Of a stretch of DNA of 43,106 bases, positions 20,601 through 33,255 are shown piece by piece. The notes beneath the pieces are model-generated. The model searched no databases. It worked only from the letters and a program-made list of their open reading frames with translations, and had not been told where the DNA came from. Positions within the stretch are counted from its first letter, which is position 1, and every line of letters starts with the position of its first letter. A program made the position numbers and the translations under genes. Source of the DNA: Catajapyx aquilonaris (taxonomy: Eukaryota); NCBI GenBank assembly GCA_000934665.2, contig JYFJ02003369.1, forward strand, positions 1 to 43,106, given 5' to 3'.

Positions 20601-21003
20601 TGCCGGGGGATAAGTACCTGTCTTGACCAGTTAGTAGGTAATGATGGATTTATTTTTACGTCTTGCACTGATCATCTGTCCCTGTGTTCCGTAATAAATG
20701 ATAATTATATGATAAACAACATAAATAAATGTTAAAGGAAATATTACTTAATTAAAATGAATGACTTACTTTTTCAGAGTTAATGACCGAATGAATTTAT
20801 CAGAATGAATGGCGGAATGAATATATTTAGCAAAACGAATGACAATGAATATCAGAATGAATTTATAGAAACGAATGAATTTAGCAAAACGAATGACAAT
20901 GAATTTTTATATATTCCTTCTCTCATTAATTCTGATTATTTATCAAAATACATGAATTTATCAGAAGAGGAATTTTTCAGAATGGAGTAATTTTCCAGAA
21001 TAA

Positions 21004-21218
21004 ATGAATTTATCAGAATGAATGACATAGTGAATGAATTTATCAGAATGAATGACATAGTGAATGAATTTATCAGAATGAATGACATAGTGAATGAATT
21101 TATCAGAATGAATGACATAGTGAATGAATTTATCAGAATGAATGACATAGTGAATGAATTTATCAGAATGAATGACATAGTGAATGAATTTATCAGAATG
21201 AATGACATAATGAATGAA
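21004..21218. repeat. 30 bp minisatellite, about 7 near-perfect copies
   Basis: Unit atgaatttatcagaatgaatgacatagtga. Confidence 0.97.
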
Positions 21219-21237
21219 TAATTAATAAAAACTAGTG

Positions 21238-21416
21238 AATGAATAGATGAATGCAATGAAATTGAAATGAATAGATGAATGCAATGAAATTGAAATGAAT
21301 AGATGAATGCAATGAAATTGAAATGAATAGATGAATGCAATGAAATTGAAATGAATAGATGAATGCAATGAAATTGAAATGAATAGATGAATGCAATGAA
21401 ATTGAAATGAATAGAT
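21238..21416. repeat. 28 bp minisatellite, about 6 perfect copies
   Basis: Unit gaatagatgaatgcaatgaaattgaaat. Confidence 0.97.
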
Positions 21417-22419
21417 TAATGAGAGTAACTAAATGTAGATTAAGTAAATAAATTACAAGCAATATGTAAACAAAAATGGACACATACGTAGCTCAATACG
21501 TACAATGATAACATAACAAAATGGCATTTTATAAAAAATAAATATAAAACACAAAATATCTGGAAATGTAAAGTGAATGTGTAAATATAAAACATTCAAA
21601 AGTTAAGGAATTAAAAACGTAGCTAAATATATTACATACATGCATTAATACAATATATTAAATAAAAGAGATATATGGAATAATAAAATAATAAAAGCAT
21701 GAATGAACTCAAACAATTCATCCATATCGATAAATAAAATTCCAATAAATGCTCAATAATTTTGAGCAGGAAATGGTCTTGTCGACTACTACTAGTCTAC
21801 ATCAGTTGAGTCGGAAGAGGTCTATGAATGGTATCTCGCGAAATCATGAAGATACGTCGTGATACCAAGACAAACAACCAACGGTTCCAACCCTCCAGAA
21901 ACGATTTACTGCCACCAAATCTTCCCCCCGCCCTCCGAAAGGACCCATTCTTTTTAGGGGACTATGGGGGGGGGGGGGGGGGGGCAAAAATTTCCCTATA
22001 GTTTCCTGCGCAGGTGCAGATCTTTTCCGCTGAGAAGATCAAAGCGTTTCAAACTCAGGCGGGATGTCGGGGGAAAAAAAGGAGAATTTCAGAGACGGCA
22101 CTTTGCACAAGTTTGAAACCCAAGATACGCTGTAATTGGGGAGGCTTGGTTGCGAGGAAGGTTGCTGGAGGAGACATCGATATTGGTTGCGAACCTAATA
22201 AATTATTCCCACTTCTATCCTGGCTCTGCCGGAAAATTGTTTCGCATCTATCCTGTTGCCAAACTTTGCCAAAATGCCATAGCTTGATGAAGACTGCGAG
22301 AATTTTTTTGATAATTTTATGTGGTGTCATTCGCATAGTGTGGTGGATATAGGTTACGACACTTCTATCTCAGTTTCGTGCCTCCTTTCCCCCCACCTTT
22401 TCATTACTTTTCAAACGTA

Positions 22420-23175
22420 CCGCCTCGATATGTATCGATATTCCCTTCCGCGACGTATCGATACACGACATTGTCCCCGAGAATTGTCGAGGAGAATGGC
22501 TTGCATCGATACATATCAGAAGGAAATATCGTGTATCGATGCATAGTGGAAGATATTGTGTATCGATACGCGATATTCCCTTTCGCGATGTACAGATACA
22601 ATAAGACATTCTCCTCGACAATGTATTGATACTCGTACATGATATTGTCTTCCACGATGTACTGATACACTGTATTTTATTTAAAATGCATCAATACACG
22701 TTTGGAGTGTTCCACTATGTCTCGATGCACGACAGTCTTCCACTATTTTTGGGTACACTACCGAGTACCGTATATTGCCTTCTACTGTTGTATCGACACC
22801 TGAGATTGCCTTCCACTTTGTATCGATACATGATATTTTCTCCACGAGGTTTATTTACAATGTATCGATACACGATATTGCCTTCGACTGTTTCGATATG
22901 CGATATTTTCTCCATTATGTATCGATACATGATATTTCTCCACGATGTATTGATACAATATAATTCATTCACAATATATCGATACACAGTATTGTTGCGA
23001 TACTCGATATTTTATTTACAATGTATCGATACACGGTATTGTTTCGATACGCGATATTTTTCCAAGACGTATCGATCCACGATATTATCTTCCACTATGT
23101 ATATAGTTACGCGATATTATTTTGCAAGATGTCTCCTTACACGATATTCGTGAGTGACACGCTGTATCGATATTT
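22420..23175. repeat. Degenerate ~30 bp repeat tract centred on TATCGATA
   Basis: Unit is roughly tatcgatacacgatattgtcttccactatg, with at least 9 perfect TATCGATA and a locally inverted segment near 22510-22570. Confidence 0.85.
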
Positions 23176-24399
23176 ATTGAAGACGTTTTCAGCCCACGAT
23201 TGGGCCATGGTCACGTAATTGGCCGTGATTGGTTTCCACCTGCATTCTCCCTCCATTTCTCCGGATAGACATCTGGATGGAACTTCATTGTTACACATAG
23301 ATGCAGATCTTGGTGTGACTGATTCCTTGTAACTCCTGATACCGGGTGGCTAATTACACGTGTAATCCAGTCTCCAAACACCCCCCCCCCCCCCCTTGGA
23401 TATCTCCTGGGTCTTTCCCTGGTGAGGCCATCCGTTAACACGAAGAGAGCCATTACTTTAGGGAGAGGCAATCCCACTAAGCTGCAGTGATGGCTCAGAG
23501 AATAAGTTCATTTGTCCCTTCCCTCTCTAGTATGTTCCAGAGGTGGAGAGGAGGCAAGACTTGTTCATCAAAGCGCAATGGGCGTCCTGGGGAATCCCCC
23601 CAAAACTCACTCTCGCACCATTTGCATCTCAGGGGTCCCTTCCGGTGATGGATGCTTCAGGATTCCCCTCCCAACAAACCGACAAGCAATTATCCACCAA
23701 TCGCACTCTTCCTAGGAGTTACTACGAAGCATCGTGGAGTAAGACAGGCGGAAACGGAAATGTATCATCAAGGGGATACTATCGACTCGGATCGTCTGGC
23801 AAGTGTAGCACAAAGTGTCCGCATCGAGGCGCCACCTTCACCAGTGTTACCATGCAACTCAAAAAGTTTTCGGTCCTATTTTCTACGAAAGGTGACATGA
23901 AGAGTGTGCTAGAACCGCGGACAAAATTTATTTCGAAAAGTATCACCAAACTGTGCCTTCATTGGAGCGGAATAAATTGGGCGAGGGAATGCAACCAAAC
24001 AGGGAGGTTAGATCGATCCAACCGCGAAAGGTGTTCAGCTGGAAATAGTAGGGGTGGGTGGGTGGGTGAATAGTTAAATAATAATAAAAAAAAGTAGGGA
24101 GCAATTAAACTTTTATGATTTGCACTGTACAGCTGACGTCGAACAAAACCACCCCCACAGATGACTTTCAAACTTTAAAACGACGCCCATATTACAGAGC
24201 TGCTGTTCCAACTTTGTGCGCACCGGGTGCTATCCTAAGGTACAGGGTGTGACCGAGAGTATTAGCTTAAGGTCCGGTTGCACCAAGTTTAGAACGTGGG
24301 TTTCACATATCCGCAGTAGGGTTGGAAAATTTAACTCGCAGATAACGGGAAACCACTGGGGTTTGAAAGCACAAATTACTTATACAAAATATCAGCTAT

Positions 24400-25070
24400 A
24401 TTTTTTGATAACTCTAAAAGTAGCTGGTTCGAAGCAACTACTTAAACTACTTAATAAATAGCGTATTAGCTACAGTAAAATAGGTAACAAATAATAGCTT
24501 AAATAACTTAAGAAATAACTCAATATCTTAATAATAACTTAATAAATAACTCAATAGCTTAATAATAACTCAATTAATAACTCAATAGCTTAATAATATC
24601 TTAGTAATTAATAACATCATATCACTTCAAATTACCAGTGACGAATGCTAGAATTATTATCAAACAAAACCAGTTCCTGTTCGAAAGTAGCTGTTTAAAA
24701 ATGTCATCTAATAGTTATTATAAAATCTGAAAGTAGCTAGCTCGAAGTAACTGCTTAAATAACTTCATAGCTGTTAGTAAAGATGATTATCAAATGATGG
24801 GTGGAATTTTCGTCGTACTACTAGTTACTGCTAACTTAGCAGTACCATTGCACTACACTGGTACTGCTAAGTTAGAAGTAACTAGTATAGTACGACGAAA
24901 ATTCCACCCACTAGCTTAAAATCTCTTATCTGACAAATACCTTAATAGATTAATAATAACTCAATAGTAAATAATTTCAAACAACTCAATAGCTAATAAC
25001 ATGAAATAACTAATAAATGATGAAATAGCAAATAAAAGCAGTATCTGTTTAAAAGTAGCTGCTTAAAAAT
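24400..25070. repeat. AT-rich taact/tagct degenerate tract, resuming at ~25860-26070
   Basis: aataactcaatagctt repeats; aagtaactgcttaaataacttcatag occurs at both ~24745 and ~25891. Confidence 0.75.
24798..24910. mobile_element. 113 bp hairpin element (MITE-like) with ~50 bp arms
   Basis: tgggtggaattttcgtcgtacta...cttagcagtacca, 11 nt loop, tggtactgctaag...tagtacgacgaaaattccaccca. Confidence 0.7.
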
Positions 25071-26100
25071 AAACAGTGAAAAAATTGCTAGTCGCCTATA
25101 GGTTGAATCGGGCCACTTTATAAATTGGTTTACTTATGGGAACAGGGGCCCTTGTTGGAAGCATCCTTGTTGACCATGGCAGCAGAAGTTTGTCTGAATC
25201 CAGCAGTACAAAACCTTGGAAGACATCCGATAGAAGACTATAGAGAGATGGGGTTTGCAAGGCACATCACAATAGCATGTCACTGGCAAGAATTAACCAG
25301 GAATCTGTCAGGCCTTTGGCTGGCAGGGCCGCAAGCCTTTGAGCCTTGGAAAAGGAGGAGGATGGGAGGAATGGGGAGGATGTGGGGAGGATTGCAAGTC
25401 GGAAAAGCGTCAGCTTCAGGTGCTCTGATCAATACGCTTGAGCAGGATGAAGAAGAGCCTGGAGCTTCCCCAAAAAATGCAGAGTGTGCCAGCTTCCGTC
25501 TTGAATCTTGGAAGGTTTTTTTTTGGAGGGGGTGGTGGGGGGTGGAGAAGGCTTTGCTGTAAGGGTTACAAAAAAAAAGAAACGAAAATTCTTTGCCGCC
25601 CCGTTTCCTAAACACGAGATTGGTTAGGATAAAAAATTCAGTAGCTCCTGCAGTGTAACTTCATGCAAAGAAGTCGCAGGGAAATGGCTATGACTTGTGA
25701 TGTGGGCTTGGCTGAAGAATTCTTCAGCGATTCAGGTTGGTTCCCATAAGAAATCAAAGAGGAGGAATGGTTAAATTTTTTTAAATATTAAAAATTTAAA
25801 CAAGTCCCCCATTATCCACGGTTTGAAAAAAAATATGTAATCAAAATAATAATTGAATTAAAATAGTAAACAAAAGTCATAGCTGTTCGAAAGTAACTGC
25901 TTAAATAACTTCATAGTTATAAGTTAGTAAAATAATAAATAACAGCTTAAAATCACTTTCCAAATACGGTTCCTTAATAGCTTAACAATAACTCGATAGC
26001 TAATAACTTCAAATAATTCAGTAACTATAAAAACTAATAATCTCAAATAGTTAATAATAACTTAACAGCCCTAGGCATTTCAATTAGCACAAACGAATGG

Positions 26101-26210
26101 ATAGTTCCTCCTCCCACCCACCAGAGGCGCTGCCACCACCCATTGCGCATGTGCCGAACGGGGGACAATCAGAAGGCTTACACAAACACGACGAATACGA
26201 TTTTTAAAAT
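26101..26210 (+). repeat. Dispersed repeat family C, copy 1
   Basis: cccacccaccagaggcgctgc...cccattgcgca.gtgc.gaacggggg.caatc is shared with 29695-29770. Confidence 0.75.
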
Positions 26211-28309
26211 GATGCTAAAATATTAATAAATTTCAGCAAAATTTTTTGAAATCCAACATTTCCATATTCCATGCAAAATCCTGCGCCAACAATGTCTATA
26301 ATAACCTAACTAATAGATACATCTCTAATCCACAAACAATGCTCTAGCCCAACAAAAGGACTATGAAACATTCTTTTTGGAGCAATAGCGTTACACTGCA
26401 GGACCCCCAGCTAAAAAAAATTCGGTAGTAAAGCGGCAACCTTGCCCATCCATCGATTACAAGCGCCGGAAGACCAATCGCACGCGCTTCTGCCAGTTGG
26501 AGGGAGGGTAGGGGGAAGGCGGGAGAGGGAGAAAAAAAGAGATAAAAAAGTGGGGAGGAAAAGAGGTTGAGGGAATGGACAAGGACACTTTTGTCAACTT
26601 GAGCTAATTTTTTTTTCTTGGGTTATTTCAGCATTAACCAGATTGGTTGCACCAATGGGAGCTGTTCTTTACTTACTGGTCCAAAAGATGGGGGGAGTTA
26701 TAGAAGAGACTCTTATTTACTGAGAGTTTGAGATTGTTGGCTTAGAGGAAAACCATTGATTATGATTTATGAGGATTCATGTAAGTCATAAGGTAGAAAA
26801 GGGATAGAATAATATTTATTTACGAATATACTGTGTACGTAGTTAAATATTTAGCATGTTTTTATGCAACCTGCTCTAAAACGCAGTCGAACCCAGTTGT
26901 ATTAAATTAATCAAAATTTAAAAATTAAATTAAGAAACTTAAGAATTTCGATTAAGAAATTAATATAATTTTTTGCAGATATTAAAAATTGTTTACAATA
27001 TTAAGATTAAAATTGGTTGCAATATTAAGATATTAAAAATTGTTTATAATTAAGAAATTAGAAATGGTTTACAATTAAGAAATTAGAAATGGTTTACAAT
27101 TAAGAAATTAAGAATTGTTTACAATTAAGTAAAGAATTAAATTTTAAAATAAGAAAATAAGAAATTTTTACGTTCGTTATGTATAATCATTCAGATATTT
27201 ATTAGTATGTAAATTCAGAAACTAATTAACTCAAAGACATAAAATAATTATTAGCTCAAATGCATGAAATAATATTATTAACTCAAAGACAGAAAATTAC
27301 TGAATCATGAAAATTACTAAATTAGAAAAGTCAGAATGTTAAGAAAATATAGAAATATTTGTATAAAAATATTAGGATAAATGTCAATTTACGTACATAA
27401 TCAGAGATTTTTTCTGAATTTTGTTGATACAACAGGGACACAACCGTACCCAAAAGTTTGTGTAAGTTCATGACCAACCATACGTTTTTTTTTTAAACAT
27501 CCGAAAAAATCAGGCTGAAAATGTAGTGTGACAACCCCTCGAACATTTAACACCATACTTTCCAACCCTACAAAGTCAGGACCCCAGCTTTTTTTTTTCC
27601 TCCCGAAAAAAGGGGCGGAAAGTAGATAAGAGAGAGATGGGAAATTTAACAAGCGACCTAAGGATTATGGAGTTAATATTCGGGATATGACACGGGGTCT
27701 AATAAACCCCTGGATATTACTAAGAGAGTGGGGGGAAGGCTCTAGACTTCTACCTTTTTTTTTTCAAAAAGTGAACCTAGAGAAGGTTACGACACGGCCC
27801 AAATTACCAGATGCTTTTTACTACCTTTTAACTGCCAACCTATTACGTTTGATTTCTGGAGGAGAAATCAAACCAGCTGGAAATCAAAGGAGGAATCAAG
27901 GTAATAATTTTCTCCAGGGCTGGTTGTAAATTCTCGACTCCCCCATAATGCAAAGGACTCCATTCCCCCCAAATTTACTGTCCCGGTTTTTTTTAAAGGG
28001 AGGGACATTTTTATTACATGGGCCTCAAGATATTCAGCACACTCTTAAGATGGGGGGGAGCTTTGGCATAAAAATGGCAAACTCGGAACTTTTTGGGGTG
28101 ATTTTCATGCCAAAATGTCGTGTTGGCCTCTGGGTAAAAAGCGCTAAAATACTTTTTGGAACATAACTTGGACGTAAACTGTGCGTGTATGTTCTTTTAA
28201 AAAAAGTTTTGGACAAGCGCAGCCGGCTGCTGAGTGCCGTTTACGTTCAGTTTTACCTCGAGGTGGACATAAACCGAATGTGACGGAAAACGTGAAACTA
28301 TCTGGTCGA

Positions 28310-29075
28310 AAAAGCACTGTCTGAACTAGTATGCCCAAAATCTATGAAATAGTAGTCTGAAGTAGAACTGTCCGGATTTGCATTGCCTGAACTGTAAATG
28401 TACCTGTGAACTAGCACTGTCCGAAATAATAACGTCTGAACTAATAGTGTCTGTGGCCAGTCTGTAAAGGTAGTACTCTAAAGTAGATCTGTCTGGAATT
28501 GTATTTCCTGAACTGTAATTGTCTAAACTAGCACTGTCCTAAATACAGTAGTACTATCTGTACTAGCACTGTCCTGAATAGTACTGTATGAACTAATAGT
28601 GTCTGTGGACCGTCTATAATAGAAGTCTCAAGTTGAACTGCCCGGTATTGCATTGCCTGAACTGTAATTGTCTATAAACTAGCACTGTCCAAAATAGTAC
28701 CGTCTGTACTAGCACTGTCTGAACTAAAACTGGCCAGAATAGTAGTCTGCGTACAGTCTATAGTCTGAAGTAGAACTGTCTGGAATAGTATTGCCTGAAG
28801 TAGAACTGTCTGGAATAGTATTGCCTGAATGGTAATTGCCTGAGCTAGCAGTCCTAAAATAGAACCATTTGTACTAGCAGTCCTAAAATAGTACCATTTG
28901 TACTAGCACTGTCCCAAATAGTACTATCAGTCCTAACTATCTGTACTAGTAATTACTGTCCCAACTATCTGTACTGTCCGAACGACAACTGTCCGAAATA
29001 AGTGTGTCTGAAATATCATTGTCTGAACTATCATCGGCTGAAATAGCACTGTCCGACGTAACTGTCCGAATTGTT
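28310..29075. repeat. Degenerate ctgtc/gaactag repeat tract
   Basis: Recurrent actagcactgtcc, agtagaactgtctggaat and attgcctgaactgtaa. Confidence 0.8.
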
Positions 29076-29694
29076 TTTTGACATATGTAACCACAAAGTT
29101 TCCTGTCCCAGACACGGAACTCTCTGCGGTTATGTCTTGATGACGAGGAACCCACATTATTCGACGGTCCTCATGCAATTTTGGGTCCAGACAATTGTTC
29201 AGCAACTTCAGACTAAAGATGGCTGGAGCTTGCTTTTGGAGCCCCAAACTTTTGTCTTCTTCCCTCCCCTTCCCCCTTCGAGATACCCCCCCCCCCCCGT
29301 CTCCCGACGGGGGGCACAATAAACTGTAAAGACGTTTGTGCAAATTGAATCCGATTCTCCCGAGACATTCAATGAGGGGGTCGGATTGTTGTGCAAAGGG
29401 ACTTCGGCTTGTTGTCAAGTTTGTTTGAAAAAAAAAGAGGTGTATTCACAGGTACGGAAAACCGGTTGTGAAACCAGGCTTTTGTTTGTACGGTTTGTTT
29501 TGTGCAAAACGCAGCCAATAGTTTGGTTCAGTTTTTTGTTTTTTTAAATGTGGTGAGAACATTTTTATCCTGGAAGTTAGACCACCATTCATACATGGGA
29601 GGCTGAAAGGTTGCTCTGAATAGTCAGGATGAAAAGTTTCGGGTCGATAGTTTGAGAAAGGCCTGCAGTGCGGTGGTCAACTATTCATTCAATA

Positions 29695-29880
29695 GTAGTT
29701 TCTCATCCCACCCACCAGAGGCGCTGCTTCCCCCATTGCGCAGGTGCAGAACGGGGGCCAATCGGAAGCGTTGGTGACCAGTTGCCATGGTACCCAGATG
29801 ATGTGGTACAGAGGGCAGTGGGAGAGGAGTCGGTAGGAGGGATTGGGACAAACAAACGAACTTTGCTTTTTATATATCAG
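29695..29880 (+). repeat. Dispersed repeat family C, copy 2, ending acaaacaaacgaactttgctttttatatat (Helitron-derivative-like end)
   Basis: Shared core with 26101-26175; the class is inferred only. Confidence 0.65.
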
Positions 29881-29939
29881 CTAAACGATGAAAATTTTAA
29901 TAAAATGTGACACTGAGAAAAAGTCGAGCGTGTAATATA

Positions 29940-30246
29940 AATGTTCAAATGGGGATAATTAGGATCCTTTTAAGTATATTCTGCCGGACATTTGATAGAT
30001 AAGGATGAAACGAGTCGGAAATGTAGAGTCGCAAAATGACGAAAAACTAACCAATAACGACATAGACGGCTGTAAACATTTGTCTGCCCCGGAGATACGC
30101 AGCCAAATGTTTACAGGCGTCTATGTCATTGCCGGTTAGTGTTTCGACATTTTGCACCTCTACATTTTCGACTGGTTTTGTCCTTATCTATCCACTGACA
30201 GTCAGCCTATACTAAAAAGCATCCGAATCATCCCCATTGGAACATT
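29940..30246. mobile_element. 307 bp foldback element: 148 bp arms, 11 nt loop
   Basis: Hand alignment of the arms gives 122/148 identity with no gaps. Confidence 0.75.
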
Positions 30247-30648
30247 ACTACTGAGCTTATCTTGATAAAGTGGACCATGCCGGACACTCTTTGGGCCACC
30301 CTCGTCAAACCCTCCCAGAATAGAAGGAGATAAACGTCAGTTCAGACCCCCGACACCCCCCTCATCTGGTGTAATACATGACACCATTCCAGCGTGGCAT
30401 AGTCCCGAGGAAACGATACCACTTAAACTTTTAGTGACCCTTCCAGCATGGAGCGGGCTAACACTCTTCGCTCGATTCCGATATTTGGAGCACACCCCTG
30501 AATTACAGGGAGCTTACTCAGTCAATAAAAAAGGTAAATGAAAAACTTGGGGGTACACTTGGGCCTGATGTAAGGTTCGCTGGATCGTGTCAACGTAGCA
30601 GGGAAGAGTGAGAGTTCAGGTGTTGTTTGTGCAAGGCGTTAGGTAGGC

Positions 30649-30736
30649 TACTATATAGCTCAAAAACATAGAGACGATTTTTTGCATTTGACTTGAATCA
30701 AATGCAAAATCGCCTCTGTTTTTGAGCGATGTAGTA
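30649..30736. mobile_element. Hairpin MITE, family A copy 2 (centre shortened)
   Basis: tactatatagctcaaaaacatagag...tttgcatttga/tcaaatgcaaaa...ctctgtttttgagcgatgtagta. Confidence 0.75.
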
Positions 30737-30819
30737 CTGTTATGTCCAATATTGCACATTTTATTTGCCTCTAAAATCTAAATGAGTTCGGAGGCATCAA
30801 TAGAGCGTGACTTGTAAAT

Positions 30820-31615
30820 GACTGCTATTTATCAAAAGCAGAGCTACCTGCTACAAGAAACAGCGATTTGACAAATAACTAAGCGATATTTCAAGGAACA
30901 GTTATTGACATATTTACCCAAAATGGTTATTTGTAACTGCTACTTTGTTTGTCAAGGAACAGATATTTCCATAACTGATATTCGAAACTGCTAAATTCCA
31001 AAAACCGTTCTTTGGAACCGCTGCTTTACCAAAGTGTTAGTTGCAAGTGATACTAAACGTAAACGCTATTAGTCAAAGATCACCTATTTCCATAGTTGGT
31101 TTTTGAAAAAGCTACTAGCACAAAACTGTAATTTGTAACTGCTACTCTATACAACCGCGATTTGTCGAAGATATGCTATTTCCACAGCTTTTTTTAAAAA
31201 AAACATGCTGAAAACGAACGATTTTCTAACAGTTATTTGTAACTGTTTCTCTATATAAGCGCTATTTGTCAGTGAGGCTCTATTTCCATAGGTGCTTTTG
31301 AAACTGCTACTGGCCGAAAACCTCTACGAAGAATACTGTTTTCCCAAAACGGTAATTTGTAACTGCTACTCTATATAACTGCGATTTGTAAAATCCCAGC
31401 TCTTTCCATAGCTGATTCTTGAATATGCTATTCGGTACTGGTCCTTTCCCAACACTGGTTTTTGTAACTGCTACTATATAAAACCGCCATTTCTCGGGGA
31501 CCAGCTATTTCCATCGCTGCTTTTCGAAACAGCTATTCTGAACTGCTACTTGCTCATAAATGCTATTTGTAACTGCAATTGATAACCGCTACTGACAAAT
31601 CTGCTTTATAAATGT
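30820..31615. repeat. Degenerate aactgcta/gctatttcc repeat tract
   Basis: Recurrent tttgtaactgctact and ctatttccata. Confidence 0.8.
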
Positions 31616-32729
31616 TTAGTCACCCTGACAGTGACTTCAAATCGATTCTTATCCGAAAAATTGCACATTGGTCCTTAAAATATCCTGCCATATCTCCCAA
31701 AGGGATGTCCACCTTTAGGTTAAAGAACGTGGCACTGGGGAAGGGGTGTTGGGAAGGGAGAATTTTGTGAGTGCAAAGAAGGATGGGGCGAGTGAAAATC
31801 CAAAGGGGCTCGAGGCGACATGGATGACAGGCGGAATTCAGGACACGCGCAGACATTTGCCTAATTTTCTGATGTCATTCATTATGCAAATGCTCTATTG
31901 GAAATAAGCTCCGGTTGTGTTGGTTCCTAGTTCCTCTTTCCCCCATCCCTTCCTACCAAAAAAAAAAAAAACTATGCATGGTCGAATATCATGTGGATGG
32001 TAATCTTCTAAAAGCTGAGAGATGTGAGTTGGTGACCATGTTTTACGAATAGCGTTTAGTATAAGCGACCCCTTGGTAATTTGCATCAACTGATAGCCAG
32101 GACATAGGGAGACCCTGAATTTACGCTGCAATATTGTTGGAGCCTTTTGGCAACAAGGTGCCAGATCCCTTTTCTTGGCAACAGCTTGAAATTCCGGTGC
32201 GCTCTGGCGCCCCAAGATGGATCCTTCAGTAGTTGGTGTAATGTAGAAATGCAAGAGGGAGGTAGTGTCGCATCAGTCCTAGGGATATCTATGGATTGGT
32301 AGCGAGAAACCGCCTGGAATGGGGCCAACTGCGAGCTGTTTCCTACTGGAATTTACGCGTCCCTTAGATATTGGGTTGGCTCCCCCTTTCTATTGCACTA
32401 TTCTGTTCGCATCTCCCACCAACAATACAGGTTGTTCAGGATACATGTTCATGAACCGACCTGCTGAAAACACCCCAAAAAATGTAGCGGACGTAGCGTC
32501 CACTTTGACGTTGGAAAACTCGGGGCTTGGACATATCATGCATGTGGCATGCACTGCGCTCCCTTCAATTTTGTGGTTTTTTTTGTGTCGAGCTTGGTTG
32601 GGACAAAAGCCCACGTCTCCTGGACAGTTTTTTTTTTAAAGTGGGACATGCTTCAGTTTCAGGGGAATGGAACACTCGTTTGAACATTGCTTGTGCGTGT
32701 GTAATAGCAGTTAACGGGTAGCTGTTGAC

Positions 32730-33255
32730 GTTGATGCTACCAGTAGCAGTTCCTTATGTTGCTGCAAAAGTAGCGGCTAACAACTAATCATTTAGTTGTT
32801 AAATACCGACTTAGCTGTTGCCACTCGCAGCTTATTATGTTGCTGCTAACGTAGCGAACTAGTTATTTGACTGTTGAATACCGGGTAAGCAGTTGCCAGT
32901 AGCAGTTCCGTGTGTTGCTGCTAACATGGGGGCGAACAACTAGTTATTTAGCTATTAAATACAATGTAAGCTTTTATCAATAGCAGTTTATTATGTAGGT
33001 GATAACGTATCCGCTTACAAATAATTATTTAATAACTGCAACATTAGCTGCTTTTCGTAACCGCTCTGTTAACAGCTTACCCAGTATTTAACAGCTCAAT
33101 AACTACTGTAGTTGTTACCCGCTAAGTTAGAAACATAATGAACTGCTACTGGTAAAAGCTTACCTGGTATTCGACAGTTAAATAACTAGTTGTAAGCTGC
33201 TACGTTAGCAACTACATAATAAACTGTTATTGGTAACAGCTTATCCTGTATTTAA
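32730..33255. repeat. Modular foldback: ~80 bp unit about 3.5 times forward, then about 2.5 times inverted
   Basis: ccagtagcagtt...atgttgctgctaacgtagc...aactagttattt versus aaataactagtt...gctacgttagcaactacat and aactgctactgg. Confidence 0.75.

Noticed and set aside
20936..21483. Repetitive ORFs and a CRISPR-like look of the 28-30 bp repeats
   Set aside because: Units are head-to-tail with no unique spacers, there are no cas genes, and the context is eukaryotic. The ORFs are translation artefacts of minisatellites.
22378..23218. ORFs with repeated MYRY motifs on both strands
   Set aside because: By-product of the palindromic TATCGATA tract.
23543..25615. ORFs of 176, 145 and 111 aa
   Set aside because: Non-ATG starts, no recognisable motifs or exon structure; consistent with chance ORFs in GC-richer non-coding DNA.
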